Source of the DNA: Eledone cirrhosa
Taxonomy: Eukaryota
Assembly: GCA_964016885.1 (NCBI GenBank)
Contig: OZ024740.1
Coordinates: 85,746,001 to 85,810,000 of the forward strand
DNA length: 64,000 nucleotides
Reading direction: 5' to 3'
In this document: in pieces, positions 1-12,849 of the stretch
Layout: each line of letters begins with the position of its first letter
Numbering within the stretch: position 1 is the stretch's first letter
Position numbers and translations under genes: made by a program
Notes under the pieces: model-generated
What the model was told of the DNA's origin: nothing
The model's database searches: none
The model's input: the letters and a program-made list of their open reading frames with translations, nothing else

Positions 1-129
1 TTTGAAATCACATTAACATTTCAGGAAATTAGACCCCAGTACATTAACGAGGAATTGAACTATTCGCAGAATATCATTAAACAAATAAGTATAGGAATTC
101 ACAATGGATACGATCATATCATTAATCCG

Positions 130-280
130 AGCGTGCAATTAAGTGGTTGTGGCGTTAGGCTCATAATCCTATAGTCATAGTTTCGATCCCTCATACACCT
201 AGCAAGGCATTGTGGCTTTCATCAAGACACTTCATTTCATGTTGCTCTGGTCAATTCAACTAGAAAATTGTGTATTAGCA
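130..280 (+). mobile_element. Degenerate tRNA-derived SINE fragment
   Basis: A-box-like aagtggtt and B-box-like gtttcgatccc, followed by the body caagacacttcatttcatgttgctctggtcaattcaac, then a (CA)n tract. Confidence 0.55.
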
Positions 281-310
281 GCAGTTGATACACACATACA
301 CACACATACA

Positions 311-345
<35 letters not shown>

Positions 346-440
346 GAAAGAGAAGGAAGTAAATAAATCTTCTTAAAGACTCCAATTGCATTTTCAACTT
401 CATTTTTTTATCTTGTTACTCGTATGGGATATAAAAAAAC

Positions 441-520
<80 letters not shown>

Positions 521-525
<5 letters not shown>

Positions 526-685
526 ATAATAAATGAGAAGGCTAAAATCCGAAGAGGGCTCGATAAGGATTATATATATAAAAGCCTGCAGGGAAAATAT
601 TTATTTTAAGTACAGATTAAAGTTTAAACAAACAATCGCTGCTTTCACCAGCGATTGTTTGGTTAAACTTTTATCTGTACTTATA

Positions 686-688
<3 letters not shown>
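521..688. mobile_element. Short microsatellite-embedded fold-back element (family FB-A; PLE-terminus-like)
   Basis: Inverted arms 608-641/649-682 (2 mismatches); homologous to 40592-40787 and 14555-14600; flanked by (TA)n and (CA)n. Confidence 0.7.
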
Positions 689-767
<79 letters not shown>

Positions 768-770
<3 letters not shown>

Positions 771-1054
771 CAAGGTTTAGCAAATAATGAAAAAGTTTCA
801 AAATAAATTTTAAAAAATTGACTTTACTTACTATAGTTACCTTTACCGAATCGGTTTCGAATCTCAAAAATAAACGGAGACCATACGGCCTTCGTTGCAA
901 AGAAAGATTCTCGTCAGAAGGTTCTTTTCATTCGAAGAATATAAAATTCTTGAATTTAAATTACGAACTAGCGCTATCCAAAACTGTTCCCGAGATGAGA
1001 GTAAATGAAGTGGAATCAATTTTTTCTAGGGCCGAAAGTAAAGATAGAGGCAGA
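768..1054 (-). mobile_element. Non-coding HHR-bearing PLE-derived element between microsatellites
   Basis: Collinear with 24339-24620; contains a hammerhead at 839-922; (TA)n on both sides. Confidence 0.65.
839..922 (-). ncRNA. Type I hammerhead ribozyme motif
   Basis: Minus strand: acctt-CTGACGA-gaatct..(large loop)..agattc-GAAA-ccgattcgg-TA-aaggt; all three stems pair. Confidence 0.8.
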
Positions 1055-1112
1055 ATATATATATATATGCGTGTGTGTGTGTATGTGTGTATGTGTGTGT
1101 GTGTGCGTGTGT

Positions 1113-1144
<32 letters not shown>

Positions 1145-1154
1145 ATCTGTGTGC

Positions 1155-1232
<78 letters not shown>
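1055..1232. repeat. (TA)n/(TG)n microsatellite
   Basis: Direct reading. Confidence 0.95.
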
Positions 1233-1237
<5 letters not shown>

Positions 1238-1314
1238 GTAAACAGAAATAACAATGCAAACAATGCAATACAATTAAGAAATATATTAGTTAAACGCTTG
1301 AACTAACAGGAAAC

Positions 1315-1353
1315 TAATCTTAACATTTCGGATACTAGTCCTTCATCAGATTA
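1315..1353 (-). ncRNA. Hammerhead motif with slipped stem I, in an element (1232-1450) related to 59560-59748
   Basis: taat-CTGATGA-aggactagtatcc-GAAA-tgt-TA-agatta; the homolog at 59627-59667 reads CCGATAA-aggactactatcc-GAAA. Confidence 0.5.
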
Positions 1354-2239
1354 TAGAATGAGAAACAAAAGATGAAATAGAAAGATAAAGAGTGAGAAGC
1401 GGAAGGAACGGAGAAAAAAATGAGAGAAAAAAAATCTCAAACACACACAGGTGCGTTTCATTACAATCATGAATTTACTTAACAAAAGAAACTTTTTGCT
1501 GGTATAATATTTCGACGCGGATAGTGAAAAGAACAATTTATTGGTTCCATACAGCGAAATAGAATAGATAATGAGGAGTTAATGGGAAATGTTCAGCTAT
1601 TTGAACAGAATTACAAAAAATTTAGGTATTTAGCTTAGACATGTTTCTGCTATATAATAAATTACACAGCAGAGTACCGTGTCTAACGATACACACATTA
1701 TACAAACCTTCGATTTACGATGTGAAATAAAAATATATATGGTTTTCTTTTCTTTTAGTAACTCCTGAATATAATACAGATGCACACACAATCACATGCA
1801 CGCACACATACATATGGTGGTGTCTCATATAGTGAGATGAAGAAATCCTAACTAACTAAAGTTTTATTTGTAATTATAAGAAAAGCTCTTCCCAGGGGAG
1901 ATAATTCCATTAATATAATCTAATTAAATGTTTCTTTTTAAGATAAAGACGATGGAATTAAGAATGCATCTTGTCTTTAAAGCAAAGTGGTAACAAACTG
2001 GTCATGTTTCGATCTTGTTGAGTCTCCTCAGCGGGGCTTATACTTATCAATTGACTATATTTAAATGATCTGTATATATAGAATTGGAAATAGGAAGTAA
2101 GGACGATGATTATGGCTATTAGCCACATGGCCGAGAAAGAATACTTAAGGTGAGTGTTCTGCATCATAAATACATGTAGAATCCAGATATGTGTAATATC
2201 TCTGTAATGTGTGATATAGTGTGTCGAACAATATATATA

Positions 2240-2278
<39 letters not shown>

Positions 2279-2283
2279 TAAAA

Positions 2284-2301
2284 TCGGTTCCTGACTCTTT
2301 T

Positions 2302-2371
<70 letters not shown>

Positions 2372-2417
2372 AAAAGAGTCAGGAACCGACGGCTGAGCTC
2401 CGGCCGTTTCGACGGCT

Positions 2418-2420
<3 letters not shown>
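2284..2420. mobile_element. Family FB-B fragment with inverted copy across a (TA)n tract
   Basis: tcggttcctgactcttttccta-(TA)n-taggaaaagagtcaggaaccga; continues gacggctgagctccggccgtttcgacggcta as at 19470 and 41930. Confidence 0.7.
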
Positions 2421-2491
<71 letters not shown>

Positions 2492-2637
2492 AGTATGTGT
2501 TGGTTGTTTACCGACACCTCAGTATGCAGGTAGGAGAACTCAACGAAGTGCGCAGATTGGTTTGTTCACTACGGAGTAATGTAACATAATAAGTGTATGT
2601 CAAACATGTTAAAGTTCGCTTCGTTTATTCAAATTCG

Positions 2638-2690
2638 CTGCTATACATATTTCAGTAACATCCATTATTTGGTGTGACCTCATCAGGTAG
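2638..2690 (-). ncRNA. Hammerhead motif, partly decayed
   Basis: ctac-CTGATGA-ggtcacacca..tggatgttact-GAAA-tatgta-TA-gcag; one mismatch in stem I. Confidence 0.55.
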
Positions 2691-2797
2691 TAAGAATTAA
2701 GGCAGTAATCGGTTCTACCCTGTTAATTCATCGATATGTCCAGCTCCTGGGTGTGTTGTTAGTCCTCAAAGGAGCTGGAATCATATCATATACATAC

Positions 2798-2908
<111 letters not shown>

Positions 2909-3329
2909 TGTGTGTATATTATATATACTCACATACACATATATTAGTGAACGCAAAGCTATCCCAGAAGACGCATGCCAGAATCACTTGCAGTAGTAAC
3001 GAATACAAAACCACACGGTTGCGACAGGAACTTATTAACCATAGAGCCATGCACGCACTAAACGGAAGTATGTACTTAGTTGGGGGCAGGGTTCTGTAAT
3101 TCGACTATGTAAGTAACAACTGCACGATGGAACTGACTAGTAATTCATTGTCTATTATGCTGAGGACAATTTCTCCGGCAAGAAAAGATAACAGCGATAG
3201 GCTAGCGTCATTTACGAAGAGATACCTGACTCTTTTCCGCTTAATTTTATAAACACTAGAAATAAGCACCGACACTATGGTATTGTGTAACAATAAAATA
3301 AATTGCTATCAGCACACACATCGAATGCT

Positions 3330-3462
3330 ATACCCAATCCCAGCCAAACGTGGACACCCTAAATTGTGTCTAGACCTACACTTAAAAGGACGAGGTGTCC
3401 ACGGTTAGATTGCATTTGATCATTCGTCTTATCGACTGGGGCTGAACTGGGGTTAAACAACA
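3330..3462 (+). mobile_element. SINE 3' fragment; a related reverse copy lies at about 5700-5900
   Basis: gatcattcgtcttatcgactggggctgaactggggttaaacaaca end matches the reverse complement of tgtttaacctcaggttatctctaatcgacc. Confidence 0.45.
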
Positions 3463-4349
3463 GAAAATAGAAACAATTTAATAAACAAAATATCAGAAGA
3501 GGAAATGTACATTACTTACCAACAGAGTGAATACAATTCTATAAAATACCATAGTAGCGTAGTTTCATTTGCTTCCGACTATTTGAAGAGCAATGGAATG
3601 AGGTATATATTTTCTTTTGTTAAAATTAAAGCATTTTCTGTGCGGACACATTGCACAGCTGGTTCAATGTGCATAATTTAACCTCAAGTACAATGCAACT
3701 TAACGTGTATTCTGAGTTTGCAGATCGGTTTCAGTTTTCTGTTGCACCTCTTCCACTCCCTGAGTAGGGCCGTTCCGGTCAACTATTCATAGATTTAGAG
3801 TGTATAATCAATTGACACTCTTTATCATATTGGACAATAAATATTGAAGGCGGTTTCATCTTAACCAGCTTAACTGAGGATTAACATTCGGGAAACAACC
3901 AAAGTACGAATATAATGTAAAATTGAATTATGCCATGTAAACTCCACTAACATCAATAAGAAACTTTTGTCTGAAACATAGAACTGACAGATCAGAAGTT
4001 TGTAATCTGCCTATCCTAGTGTGGCAATTAGTTCTCGTACTACTCAATGAAATACAGTACTATCTTTGAAAACCCACATGAAATAGGTGTTGCCAAATTA
4101 TTCTCATACCAGATAGGACCAAACTATTTGGAACCAAAAAAAGACAAGCTTTTTTCACGTAAGTTGTCACAGACGAAGTTTTCAGCAGTTATCTAACAAA
4201 GAAGTTACTACACTTTCTCAATAGTGAGAATGTGGTGAGGGCAAAGTAGAATAGACAAGGAGAGCCCGACAGTAGACATTGTTTTGCTGTAAAATAATAA
4301 AGAATGAGGAAAATATCCATATCACTTTAAGGAACATTTAAATAACTAT

Positions 4350-5000
4350 ATCAGAAGACCAAAAAAAAAAAAAAGACTTTTCACATAGCTAATTCAGGTT
4401 TTGCGTAGTAGAACCAATATGTGATGCTACAAACAAGACAAAAAAAAAAGAAAAAAAAGAAAACAAACATCATCTTAAATTTTCAACATCCAATATATTA
4501 CGATAGCACAATTTAGCGAAGTTATTAGGTCCAGAGTGATTTCACTTTAAATTTCGAAATAAACACATCTACTTACCTAAAACAAATCAGAATATTAGCG
4601 AATAATGATTAACTACTTTTGAAAATCCCCCAAACAAACAATAAATCATTTAATTTGGAAAACTGTTACATTAGCGTTTGAAATTTGATCATGAACCAAG
4701 TAAAAGAAATCCCAAAGGGTATGGAATCCTATACATTTCTGGGCATACTTCTCTCTGCCTAAGAACTACAATATATAACATGTCTTATTAAGTCAGACTA
4801 GATAAATGTCAGTCATTTCTGTTTCGCTTTCCGTTTCATCGATCGCTATTGTGTAGTAAATGACAGTGGAATGTTTAATAAGGTTTTCAAGTGAATACAT
4901 CCTGAGGATTTAGAAGTAGAATTATCAACCGAACACAAAGGAAACACTGTTCTATTCTTGAACGTAGTCACACACAATAAATTTAGACAGCAAGTATATA
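4350..5000 (+). pseudogene. Highly decayed Penelope-like RT remnant
   Basis: Translates as EIPKGMESYTFLGILL and FRFIDRYCVVNDSGMFNKVFK*IHPEDLEVEL..LFLNV, resembling PLE GIPMG..PFFANL and FRFIDD..IYP.ELEL..FLD motifs. Confidence 0.45.
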
Positions 5001-6257
5001 TTATCCACAAACTTAATGCTGCTGATTTTTTAAATATTGGTCTCATTTCTCTAGCAATTTTACTGAAACTTTCCCCGTTGAATCGTCTTACATACAAAGG
5101 GTTTGGTTTTAGAGTGGATGATGGCCACTAAAGCTATTACGATTTTAAAAACTTATTTAAAGTTAGAAGTAGCCTGGATATTAAACGTGGAACTATCACG
5201 TTTGTATTGGAGGAGACTTTAATGCATGTGGTGGTTCAATGTAGCTTTAATTCTACATTTACAACTCGTTATGTAACCAATATTACCCTAGCATACAACC
5301 ACTCACATGTTTAATTATAGGCACTAATAAAGTTAATATCACTGTTTAGCCATCTCCGATATACATATCCTCATTTCTTTACAGTTATCATCTACAGAAA
5401 ATCTTGACTCACATAAGCCATTTTCTCTAAGCTAAATCAACAAAAGATCTGTTTATTTTATCAATTATTAATATGAAATGTTATGTAGATGAAAATATTG
5501 AAAAAACCTTCGTTTCAAATGATGAGGTTAATAGTCTGAAATATGATAATCATATTAACCACTCGTCTCAGACATTTAGACATTTAATCATTATAGAATA
5601 TATTCTTACTCCGCTTGACTCTAAGTTTAAATCACACCCAAGTTAGCTTCACCTTTCATGACAACCAGCTCAATAATAGGGCTACAAATTGTTATTATTG
5701 TTTAACCTCAGGTTATCTCTAATCGACCAAGCTTATGATAAAAGATATTACGCTCGTGACGATTTCATATTTTATTTTGGATAGACTCCACTTAGGACGA
5801 CTTTATCTGATGTATCATTTATAAGATAGTAGGGTATGAGTTGAGGAAGATTTGACTGCTATTTTCAGTGGGTTATGTGTCTATATATAGGCATTCTCCT
5901 TAGCTCCAATAATTACATTGTTTATGTGTAGGTTCAGGTTAGTTCTTTAGTTGATCTCATCCTTCCGGGTTGATATGCAAGCGTATAAAAGAAACATAAA
6001 ACATGAGAGTTGTTTAACATTTCATCCGGCTAGAGGTAGATAACGGAAATTAGAATTAAGCCTTTGTTATGAGAAGAAACTCTTATTTTAGTAACACTTC
6101 AGTGTTCTCGGTTCTCCAGCAAAGAAATTGCTAGCATATAATGAAAGGTCGTTGTTTAAAAAAATGTTTATAATCATGAAAATGGACTGTTGAATCTCGT
6201 GAGTAAGTGGGCATACGTGTTTTTTGTTTATGTACGTACTTCTGTATGTATGTATGT

Positions 6258-9200
6258 TATCTCTTTCTCTTAATTGCGAGTATATTTTTTTTGACCGGCC
6301 ACCTTCCTGGTGGCAAGGTTGTAAAAGAAAAGAAATTGTCATCCCTTGAATCGCAAGAATGTTTTGCAAATTTTGAAGGTGCCAGCTATCGCAGCCATTT
6401 GTAGACTATGAATTAGGGAGCTGCGCTTTTTGTCCGCAAATCCAAGTTCAGTCATACTTTGGTCCAGGCGGGTTGGTGTATAACTCGTAGCTCCAATAAT
6501 AATGGGTATGAAGCTAAAGGTGTATCTTGGATACTGGATTTGTAAACTCCTCATCAATGGTCCGTAGATGTCCTCCTTCTCCTGTATTTTTCTGACAACG
6601 TTTACATCAAGTGGGCAGCTGATCTCCACAACAGAACACGTTTTCAATGTGTGGTCCCAAACAACAATATCAGGTTGGTTGTGCTTTAATTTGGTGGCAG
6701 TTTTTATTTTCAGGTTCCACCAGTATTCCTTAGTGCCATCTGTCTCAATATATTCTTCCTCGTTTGTTGTTAATTTTGTTTTCCGAAGTGCGTTCCAGAT
6801 GGTTCTAGCTATCCCATCGTGTCTCATGGGAGGTAGTAGCGAGATGACATTCTTTCGCAGCTGGCAACAATGTGGCTTACATCCTCGATCTTTGTTTTAC
6901 ATAGCCTACATTTATTGTCAGCTGCTGACCCTCCTCTTTTTTTGTTCTTGTTCCTGTATTGCATAGAGATATCCCTCAAGGTGTGATGTCATAAACTTGT
7001 CAGAACTCCATGCCAAGCTTTTTGAGTGGTTTATTCCCTCTATGGTCTGTGTTTTACGTCTCAAGTATCCATGCACAACTTTTTCTGTAAATTGGTCAAT
7101 TTTTTAATCTTGTTTGAACATTGAATAGGATCTTCCGATTTCTCTGGGTGAGAGATTTATATCAGGCTTTATTCCATATCTCTCCTCCAGATCAGTGGCT
7201 ATTCTAATGATATTTTCTTTTTCATGCTCATAAACCTGGGCAAGATGGTTGCCAACCTTTTTCCTCTGTTGGAGGTGTTGCTTCAGTGTTACTATCCGGG
7301 TCTCATATGTTGTTAATATTGATTTTAGACCCCGGCCACCTTCTTTGCGTGAGAAGTATAGCCTATCCACATCACCATTGATGTTAAAGTTGCCAGTAAC
7401 ACTGAGAAGTTTGCGAGTTCTACCATCCATCTCACTTAGTTCTTGCAATGACCAGTTCAGCAGGCCAAATGTTGGCGTTAGAATTGGCACAGCATAAGTA
7501 TTGTGGGCAATGTATTTGTTGTACGCTGACAGTTCTGATGACCATATTTTCTTTACTCTTCTGAGGTATTCAGTTCTGGTTCTCTCCTTATTTATGGGTC
7601 CATCATATCTGACATTCTCATCCTGTCCAAGATATCTGTAGTGGTCACCTGACTGTAGAGGTTGTATTGTCAGGCCGTTCATCTCTATATTTCTAGAGGA
7701 GGGCTCAGCTCTTCCACGTTTTACTGCCAAATATGCACACTTGGACTCACCAAATTTCATTTTGATGTCGGTTGAAAATTGTGTAATGAGGTCCAATTGT
7801 TTCTTGATGTCATTGATATTTGGCCCATGCAACTTCAGGTCATCAACAAAGAAAAGATGGGAGATACTTCTGGACCCACTTCTTTGTCCACCTTGTTTCC
7901 TGAGTATGTAAGATAGTGGATTCAGTGAGAGAACGAAGAGTAGCACTGACAAGCTATCACCCTGAAAGATGCCCTTCTGGTAATGTATCTTATCAGTCTT
8001 AACTTGCTCCTTCTCACCTCTAAGGATCAAATTGGTGTACCAGTTCTTGGTCCGGCGTTCAACAGCAGCTACCAATGGTTGTGGGACTTTGGCTAACTGT
8101 AAAGCCTTAATAATCCACCCATGAGGTACACTATCAAATGCTTTTTGATAGTCCAGCCACACCACAGTCATCTTCCTGCGATTTTTTGTTGTTTTTTCCT
8201 GAATCATTTTGTTAGTTAGTAGGTGATCTATGCAACCCCACACCTCCCTCTTTCCACCAGCTTGCTCAGGTGTTATGATGTTGTTAGTAGCACAGTGATC
8301 CTGTAAGAACAGGTTAAGGCACCCAGTATATAATTTATACATGATGTTTTGGCAGGTTATTGGGCGGTAATTTTTAGCAAGGGTGGTTTGGCTATTTTGG
8401 GGAATGAGGAGAGTAGTCGCAGTTGATAACCATCTGGGCAGTTCTTGTGTGCCTTTAATGGTTTCTGTAAACAGCCGTATGAGATCTTGCCGATAGAAAG
8501 TGAAATTCTTCAACCAGTATCCTGTAATGAGGTCTGGGCCTGGTGATTTCCTATTCGACATTTTCTGTAGAGCTGTTTCCAGTATTGACCCATCTATGTC
8601 ATATTGTTTTGTCTGGACATGTTGGCAGTAGTCCTGTTCCAGTTCTTTTAGCCAATTAGTTTGTCTGTTGAATCCGTCATCCGTTTCCCATACAGATCTC
8701 CAGTAGCTCTCAACCTGTTCTTTTGAAGGGGTGTCATTTACAGGGATTGAGCTTTTGCCACCGAAGCTGCAATAAACTGATTTAGGATCTCTGGCAAACA
8801 ATCTATTTAGCACTTGTCGTTTATGTGCTGTTGACTTATATTTTAGTCTTTCTGTTGTAGCTGTGAGTTGTTGTTTCAACTGGTGTAATTTGGAGTTCAA
8901 AGTTTTAAATTTTGTATCTCCAAATCGTCTCTCTAACTTTTTTTTTAGGTCTTCCTGGTGTCGTGTGAAGTTGCTCTCTATGTTGCATTTCATAACGACT
9001 ACGATGTGTGAGATCCTTTTGGTTTTTAAATTTCGCATCCACGCTGGTTCAGGTTTTCTGTTTGTATCTTGATTGCGTGGTTTTAGATGTGTGTTATATG
9101 ATAGCAATGTGACAGCTGAAACATATAACAAAATATTAAGCGTTTCAAATGTCGTTTCTACACCTTTAGATCGTATAGCCTTCAGATAATTGCCAGCTAT

Positions 9201-9268
9201 TTCGTTCACCGCTTCCAATTCCAATTTAGTGGGTTCTTTACTGATTCTGGTGTTGTATGGTCTGTCAC
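6258..9268 (-). mobile_element. R4/Dong-like non-LTR retrotransposon, 5' truncated (RT + CCHC + restriction-like endonuclease)
   Basis: ORF 7104-9452 with SPGPD, NYRPITC, LDYQKAFDSV, GIFQGDSLS, FFVDDLK; ORF 6339-6827 with RHD..PDIVVWD..VEISCP (PD-(D/E)xK); (TATG)n on both flanks. Confidence 0.9.
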
Positions 9269-9371
9269 ATGTATGTATGTATGTATGTATGTATGTATGT
9301 ATGTATGTATGTATGTATGTATGTATGTATGTATGTATGTATGTATGTATGTATGTATGTTTGTATGTATG
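9269..9371. repeat. (TATG)n microsatellite
   Basis: Direct reading. Confidence 0.95.
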
Positions 9372-9596
9372 TTCTTCTGGTTTTATAATTTCACAAATTT
9401 TTTCCCAATAGGGAGAGGGTCGGTTTCTAACATAGACACAAGACTCTCTCATTGGAATTTACACATCAACTAGGTAGATATGTCTGCATGTCTGCATGCA
9501 TGTGTAGGTATGGATGTTATTGTATGTGTGGAGGTGTATGTTTTGAGTTGTATGTGTACATGTGTATATGCTTTGTATATTTACATGTGTATATGC

Positions 9597-11755
9597 AGTT
9601 ATTGGAATGTTTTACATATTTCTACTGTTTCATTAATGGATTGTACTTGTAATTTCCTAACTAGTTGTGTTCTTTCTGTTCCTGTGAAGCCTAGCTTCTC
9701 AAGATTTGTACTGAGGCAGTTACTAACATATCCCAATGCCCCAATAATCACAGGCATAAATCTGAAGGTGTAATCAGGGTGGAGTATCTGCAGATTTCTC
9801 ACCAGTTCTGCATAAATATTCTCCTTTCCGCTAATCTTTGATATTATATTGGCATCTGATGGGCATCTAATTTCCACTACTGTGCATGCTTTCTTCTCCC
9901 TGTCCCATATCATAATATCTGGTCCGTTATGCCTGCATTTTATTGGGGTTTTACTGGAACATTCCACCAGTACTCTTTCAAATTATGTACATGGATGTCT
10001 TCCACATTGTACTTCCATAGGTTCTTTTAATGTGTTTATTATCGGGCTATCTTTTTTACGAACTGTATTGTACAGTGTTTTGGCCACTACATCATGCCTC
10101 ATAGGTAGATAGTACCGCAATGACATCTTTGGATAACTGCTGATGACATGGGTGATATCCTCGATGTTAGTTCTGCAGAGTCTGCAATTGTTATCGCATC
10201 TAGGTGTTTTGGAAATCAGATATTTTGTGTTAATCTCCTGTTCTTGGATTGCAAAAGCGTATCCTTCAAAGTGGGAGCCAATATAGCGGTTGTTGGTCCA
10301 AGATAGACTACTTTCCTTATCTATATTACTTTCACTCTGGAGATTCCTGGCAACATATCCATGCATGATTTTTTGCTGATAAGCATGCAGTTTTTCATCC
10401 ATGGATTCACTGCGATACTGCTGAGCGACATCCCTGGGTGTGAGTTTTTGATTATCACACAGGGAATATCTCTCGAGGAGTTCCTTCCCAACTCTCATGA
10501 TCTTATCTGTTTCATGCAGATAGACTTGCTCGAGAGACGGGCTCCTACGCTTCGAGGTTCGTAGATGTTGTCGGGGGGATATGATGCGACATTCAAATGC
10601 TGTCTGGACTGATGTTAGGCCTCTGCCTCTCTGCTTACGTTTCAAGTAAAGGCGGTCTATGTCACTGTTGATGTGGAAGTTTCCGGTGCTGTTTAGTATT
10701 TTTCGAGTTCAAACATCAACTGCTCGGATTTCGTCTATCGTCCAATTGAGTATTCCAAACGTTGGTGAGGAGTGGCACAGCAAACGCATTGTGAGCCACT
10801 GTTTTGTTTTGCGCAGAGAGTTCCGATGACCAAATCTTTCTTAATCGGGTGTAGTATTCCCTGGTTACGCGTTCCTTATTACAGATACCATTATAGGATA
10901 TGTTCTCATCTATCCCCAGGTATCTGTAGCAGTCCTCATCAGATATCGGTGAAACACTTAGGCCATTTGTTGCTAGATTGGGTTGTTGTTTTTCCCCGTT
11001 TTACAGTCATGTATGAGCATTTATCTTGGCCAAACTCCATTCCTATATCCTTTGAGAACGTTGTAACCAGGTCAAGATTTTACTTCATCCCATAGAGTTT
11101 CAGATCGCCCAGAAAGAAATTATGAGTTAGGTTCGTATTTCTGTCCTCCTGTGAGCCAATGATGTATCCCCCACATTTCTTGAGCAGAAGGGACAAGGGG
11201 GTTAATGACAAGATGAATAATATCACAGAGAGACTGTCCCCCTGAAATATACCACTGCGATATTTTATTTTATCAGTGAAAATAGAGTCCTCCCTCTCTG
11301 TCTTTAACCTTAGGATAGTATCCCAAGACGAAGACAGCCTCTCTATGGCTCTGACAATAATGTCTGGGACTTTAGCAATTTGGAGGGCCTCTATCATCCA
11401 AGAGTGGGGAACAGAATCGAAAGCTTTCCTGTAGTCCAGCCAGACTGTAGCCATATTCCTCCCAAGTTGTCGCACCACCGTAGTTTTCTGCCAAGTGGGT
11501 GTCTTTGTTCTTGGGGACCAGTAATGTTTGTGCTAATGTCAACCATTCTGGTATAAGTGTATCTCCCTTAAGAACTTGTTGGTAGAGGTCAGTAAGATAC
11601 CTCCGATAGAATATCAGTTTTTTGTACCAGAAGCCGACAATCATGTCTCTTCCTGGTATTTTCTTATCTTGGAGTTTTCCTATCACAGTCTCAATATCGT
11701 ATGTCTTTGTTGTAGTGTAAGAGCAATAGTTCTTTCGGATTTCTCTTAGCCATTT
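9597..11755 (-). mobile_element. Second, more degraded R4/Dong-like LINE (distinct subfamily)
   Basis: Frameshifted pieces WLDYRKAFDSVPH, GIFQGDSLS, CRLC..H..RHD, PDIMIWD..VEIRCP; TATG-like repeats at both ends. Confidence 0.85.
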
Positions 11756-11777
11756 ATGTATGTATGTATGTATATGT

Positions 11778-12383
11778 CAGGTCACCAGCTGGTGCAACTT
11801 GTAACATGTATCCCAGTACAACCTGTCCCATGGTCGGGTCGTTGGCGACTAAACTGGCAACCTCACCAAGGTTTCTTGGTGAGGAGGGTGACTTTGGACA
11901 TCCTGCAGGGCTAAAAGCAAAACCTGTCAAAGGGCAAAGGAGCTCTTAAGAGTCAATGGTCATCCAAAATCACCGGGAGAGATGACCCCTTAGCCTTTGT
12001 CAAGGCAGAATTCTAGGAGTAGGAAAACTCTGATATAACACCTGCAACCCTGATGGTATCCAATGATGTTGACTTGTTTTTCTTTTTGGTAAATATCATC
12101 TTGGTTAAGAGAGTGGGACTGGCTTTGTGCAGTGCCTTTGCTCACTATAAAAGCTTCACGGCACAGGCATTGCTTTATATCTGGAGATCTCTCTGCACTT
12201 GTCGTCACATGGTACCATGGGCCCAGCACTATGTGTCAATAATTCTCACAAGTATAGTGTTTGTACCAGAGTTTTCAAGTCGCTGGCTGGACTAAAAAGT
12301 CACACTCGTTCAGCGCATTGGTAGGGGTTCTCCTACATGGATATAAAGTAGTGGCCGTACTCGAAAACGAGTTGGCAGCCACC
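11778..12383 (+). mobile_element. Internally deleted RTE-clade element (5' UTR joined to 3' end) with (ATGT)n tail
   Basis: RTE-like leader (ggcgactaaactggcaacctcacc..aaaacctgtc); C-terminal C2H2-like HKYSVCTRVFKSLAGLKSHTRSAHW* at 12247-12324; ends ggcagccacc-(atgt)n. Confidence 0.6.
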
Positions 12384-12849
12384 ATGTATGTATGTATGTG
12401 TACATGCATGTATGTATGGATGGATGAGTGTATATATGTATGTATGAATGTGTATATATGTATGTATGTTTGTACATAGGTGCGTATGCATATATGTATG
12501 TACGTATATTCGTATGCTTATTTGTATGTATGTGTGTACATATGTATGTGTTTGTAGATATGTATGCACGTTTGTGCGTATAGTGTGTTCAGAAGGGATC
12601 GTCATAATATAAGAAGTGGTTAAATACGTAGATCTTTATCTTTTCAAAAGAATAAGATTCTTTCATTCTTTGTATTTTTGTGTTTTATCATATAGTCTTT
12701 TGTTTTATTCCTTTTTCCGTCTTGAATTTTTGGAAAGTATTTTTTACGTGATTCTGAAAAGTCGACGGATGAAAAGTAAAATTGATTTAGAGACTCTTGG
12801 TAAGCTTATCTTTAGTTTGTATGAGATGAAAGAATGGTATTCCAACTGG

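Noticed and set aside
9269-9452. N-terminus of the 782-aa ORF including HTYI repeats
   Set aside because: Read-through across a stop-free (TACA)n tract from an adjacent fragment; not a genuine start.
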